A stretch of 34,663 nucleotides of DNA from UHGV virus genome UHGV-0173140; one strand, given 5' to 3'. The notes below the pieces were generated by a model, which was not told the origin of the DNA, did not search any database, and saw only the letters and a list, made by a program, of their open reading frames with translations. Position 1 is the stretch's first letter, and every line of letters begins with the position of its first letter. The DNA comes from a virus. Below are positions 32,819-34,663 of the stretch, piece by piece. The position numbers were made by a program, and so were the translations under genes.

Positions 32819-33963
32819 TGAGCAGTCACGCTACCTTTAGTGCCAGTGGATCAAAACGTTGGTTAGCTTGTCCGGGTAGCGTTCAACTGTCACAGCGGAT
32901 TGACTATGTAGAACCATCATCACCCAGTGCTGAAGAAGGTACAGCCGGGCACTGGGTGTTAGAACAGAAGATTAAAGGTAAACCGCCATTAATGCCGTGT
33001 CTTGCTCCTAACGGTGTTCAGGTTACTGAAGACATGCATATTTATGCGGATGACTTTATAGCAGATGTTCTTTCAGTTGGTGCGAAACTTGATCCGCTGT
33101 TTTCAGAAGTTCGCATTCACATTGACTGGTTGTTACCCGGTCAGTACGGAACCTGTGATTATCGCTGGTATGACTTTAATACTGATACGCTTTACGTATG
33201 GGATTATAAATACGGTCATGTTGCAGTTGAAGCAGTTGATAATTCACAGGGGGTCTATTACGCACTGGACCAACGTTGTATTGATACTGTTAAGCGCGTT
33301 GTGTTCACAATTGTTCAGCCACGGGCTTATCACCCACTCGGACCTGTAAGACGATGGGAGTTTAACCGGGCAACATTGATGGAATGGGCTGAACGATTTA
33401 AACACGGGTTTAACGAAGCACATAAACCAGACGCACCGTTAAATGTTGGTAGTCATTGTCATTACTGTCCGGCGCGTGGTATGTGTCCGGCGATGTATGA
33501 GAGGGTTTTAGAATTGGCTACTGTTCTTGATGCACCACCATCACTTACGCCAGAAGAAGTAGCGCGTCGTCTGGCACTTCTTGAAGAATTGTATACGCGT
33601 TCTTCTGAAGCAAAAACAGCGTTACATACTCAGGGGTTACATTTTGTACGTATGGGTAAGGCTTTACCGGGTTTTAAACTTGCAACAAAGCAAACCCGAC
33701 GTCGGCTTACGGACGAAGGTAAACTGATCGGTGCTGCACCTATGTTTGGTGTAAACCCTGAAACATTGTACGAACGTAAATTAAAACCGTTGTCAACACT
33801 GGAAAAATCACTGCCTCCGGCACTTGTTGACATGTGTACGACAAAACCAGAAGGTCAGCCAGTTTTAGTACCTGACAGTGACCCGCGTAAAGGTCATAGC
33901 ACACTGGCAGAATCTGTTTTTAATAAACCCGTGACGATGCCGACTGGCGCACGTCCACTTTAA
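32818..33963 (+). CDS. DUF2800-like PD-(D/E)XK nuclease (Cas4/RecB-like, with Cys cluster)
   Basis: N-terminus MSSHATFSASGSKRWLACPGS; Cys cluster CHYCPARGMCPAMY. Confidence 0.65.
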   Translation: MSSHATFSASGSKRWLACPGSVQLSQRIDYVEPSSPSAEEGTAGHWVLEQKIKGKPPLMPCLAPNGVQVTEDMHIYADDFIADVLSVGAKLDPLFSEVRIHIDWLLPGQYGTCDYRWYDFNTDTLYVWDYKYGHVAVEAVDNSQGVYYALDQRCIDTVKRVVFTIVQPRAYHPLGPVRRWEFNRATLMEWAERFKHGFNEAHKPDAPLNVGSHCHYCPARGMCPAMYERVLELATVLDAPPSLTPEEVARRLALLEELYTRSSEAKTALHTQGLHFVRMGKALPGFKLATKQTRRRLTDEGKLIGAAPMFGVNPETLYERKLKPLSTLEKSLPPALVDMCTTKPEGQPVLVPDSDPRKGHSTLAESVFNKPVTMPTGARPL

Positions 33964-33978
33964 AAGAAGGTTAATAAC

Positions 33979-34663
33979 ATGGCACAGAAAGAATCTTTTG
34001 TAACTCCGGTTGGTCGTCTGGTTGGCGGTTCTTTTTTCGATATCAACACTCATGACCACGAAAATAAACCGTTAGCACCTGAAAAACACAACTGGTGGGT
34101 TGGTCTGGCGTTTCCTAAAACAGCGGCGAACTGGTGGGAAGAACAAGGTGAACTGGGTGCGGTATTCCAGGCGATTATGCGAGCGGCTAACTCACACTAT
34201 GTGAACGGCGAACCACAACAACCTACTTTCGCATGGAAAATTATTAACGGTGATGATCCGAAACATGCGAGTAAAACTGGTTATGCTGGTCACTGGGTAA
34301 TTGGTTTCTCACGCAACGTGGCTATTGACGCGTGTCCGGTTTATAACGCAGCGTACCAGCCAGTTATTGATAAAAATCTGGCGAAAAAAGGTTATTACTA
34401 CCGTATCAGCGGATCATCTGTTGCAAACGGTCGTACAGGTAATCAGGCTGGTGTGTATATCAACATGGAAATGGCGCAACTGCTTTATGCAGGTGAAGAA
34501 ATCATTTCTGGTCCGGCTCCTGCCTCTGTGTTCGGTGCTGCTCCTGCAATGCCTGAAGGTGCACGTCTGATCGGCGTAACACCAGCGGCAGCACCTGTAG
34601 CAGCGCCTACACCAGCGGCAGCACCTGTAGCAGCGCCTACACCAGCGGCAGCACCTGTAGCAG
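33979..34663 (+). CDS. putative ssDNA-binding protein (DUF2815-like), partial; C-terminus beyond window end
   Basis: ATG 33979 with aagaagg SD; frame open to the window end; position after a DUF2800-like gene; C-terminal TPAAAPVAAP repeats. Confidence 0.4.
   Translation, partial: MAQKESFVTPVGRLVGGSFFDINTHDHENKPLAPEKHNWWVGLAFPKTAANWWEEQGELGAVFQAIMRAANSHYVNGEPQQPTFAWKIINGDDPKHASKTGYAGHWVIGFSRNVAIDACPVYNAAYQPVIDKNLAKKGYYYRISGSSVANGRTGNQAGVYINMEMAQLLYAGEEIISGPAPASVFGAAPAMPEGARLIGVTPAAAPVAAPTPAAAPVAAPTPAAAPVA
34580..34663. repeat. 30-bp tandem repeat acaccagcggcagcacctgtagcagcgcct x2.8 (coding, truncated by window end)
   Basis: Direct reading. Confidence 0.8.

Noticed and set aside
1-34663. CRISPR array or integrase/transposase signals
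   Set aside because: Tandem repeats have only 2-3 copies, no spacers and are in-frame coding; no recombinase-like ORF was recognised in the window.

Overview
This window reads as part of a tailed dsDNA bacteriophage genome, probably from a phage of Enterobacteriaceae (host-like rdgC, sigma70-type promoters). All calls come from reading the sequence and the ORF track by eye; no database search or folding was run, so every product name is a motif-based hypothesis. The minus strand carries a canonical packaging/head series (terS 18631-19266, terL 12206-13969, portal 7050-8405, MuF-like head morphogenesis 2201-3160) and a replication/recombination block (prim-pol/D5-type primase-helicase, SF2 helicase, DEDD exonuclease, VRR-NUC nuclease), with a DUF2800-like nuclease and SSB-like gene on the plus strand at the 3' end. 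The packaging series is interrupted by cassettes of small genes, each headed by a copy of one conserved promoter (UP element-TTGAC(G/A)-17 bp-weak -10; 14 copies found). Accessory genes include dUTPase, RdgC, an HD-domain (p)ppGpp-hydrolase-like protein, a ParB-like nuclease-domain protein, a SLOG/DUF2493 protein, a short C5-methyltransferase-like protein, a lipoprotein, and a Gly-rich/His-rich operon of unknown function. Non-coding structure includes a ~110-bp element present twice, a palindromic operator pair, an iteron field beside a repeat-bearing DNA-binding protein, SD-sequestering leader hairpins and several coding tandem repeats. No tRNA, CRISPR array, integrase or transposase was recognised. 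The most interesting candidates for an undescribed system are the MTase-like/SLOG/ParB-like cluster (24.0-26.2 kb) and the Gly/His-rich operon (10.2-12.2 kb).
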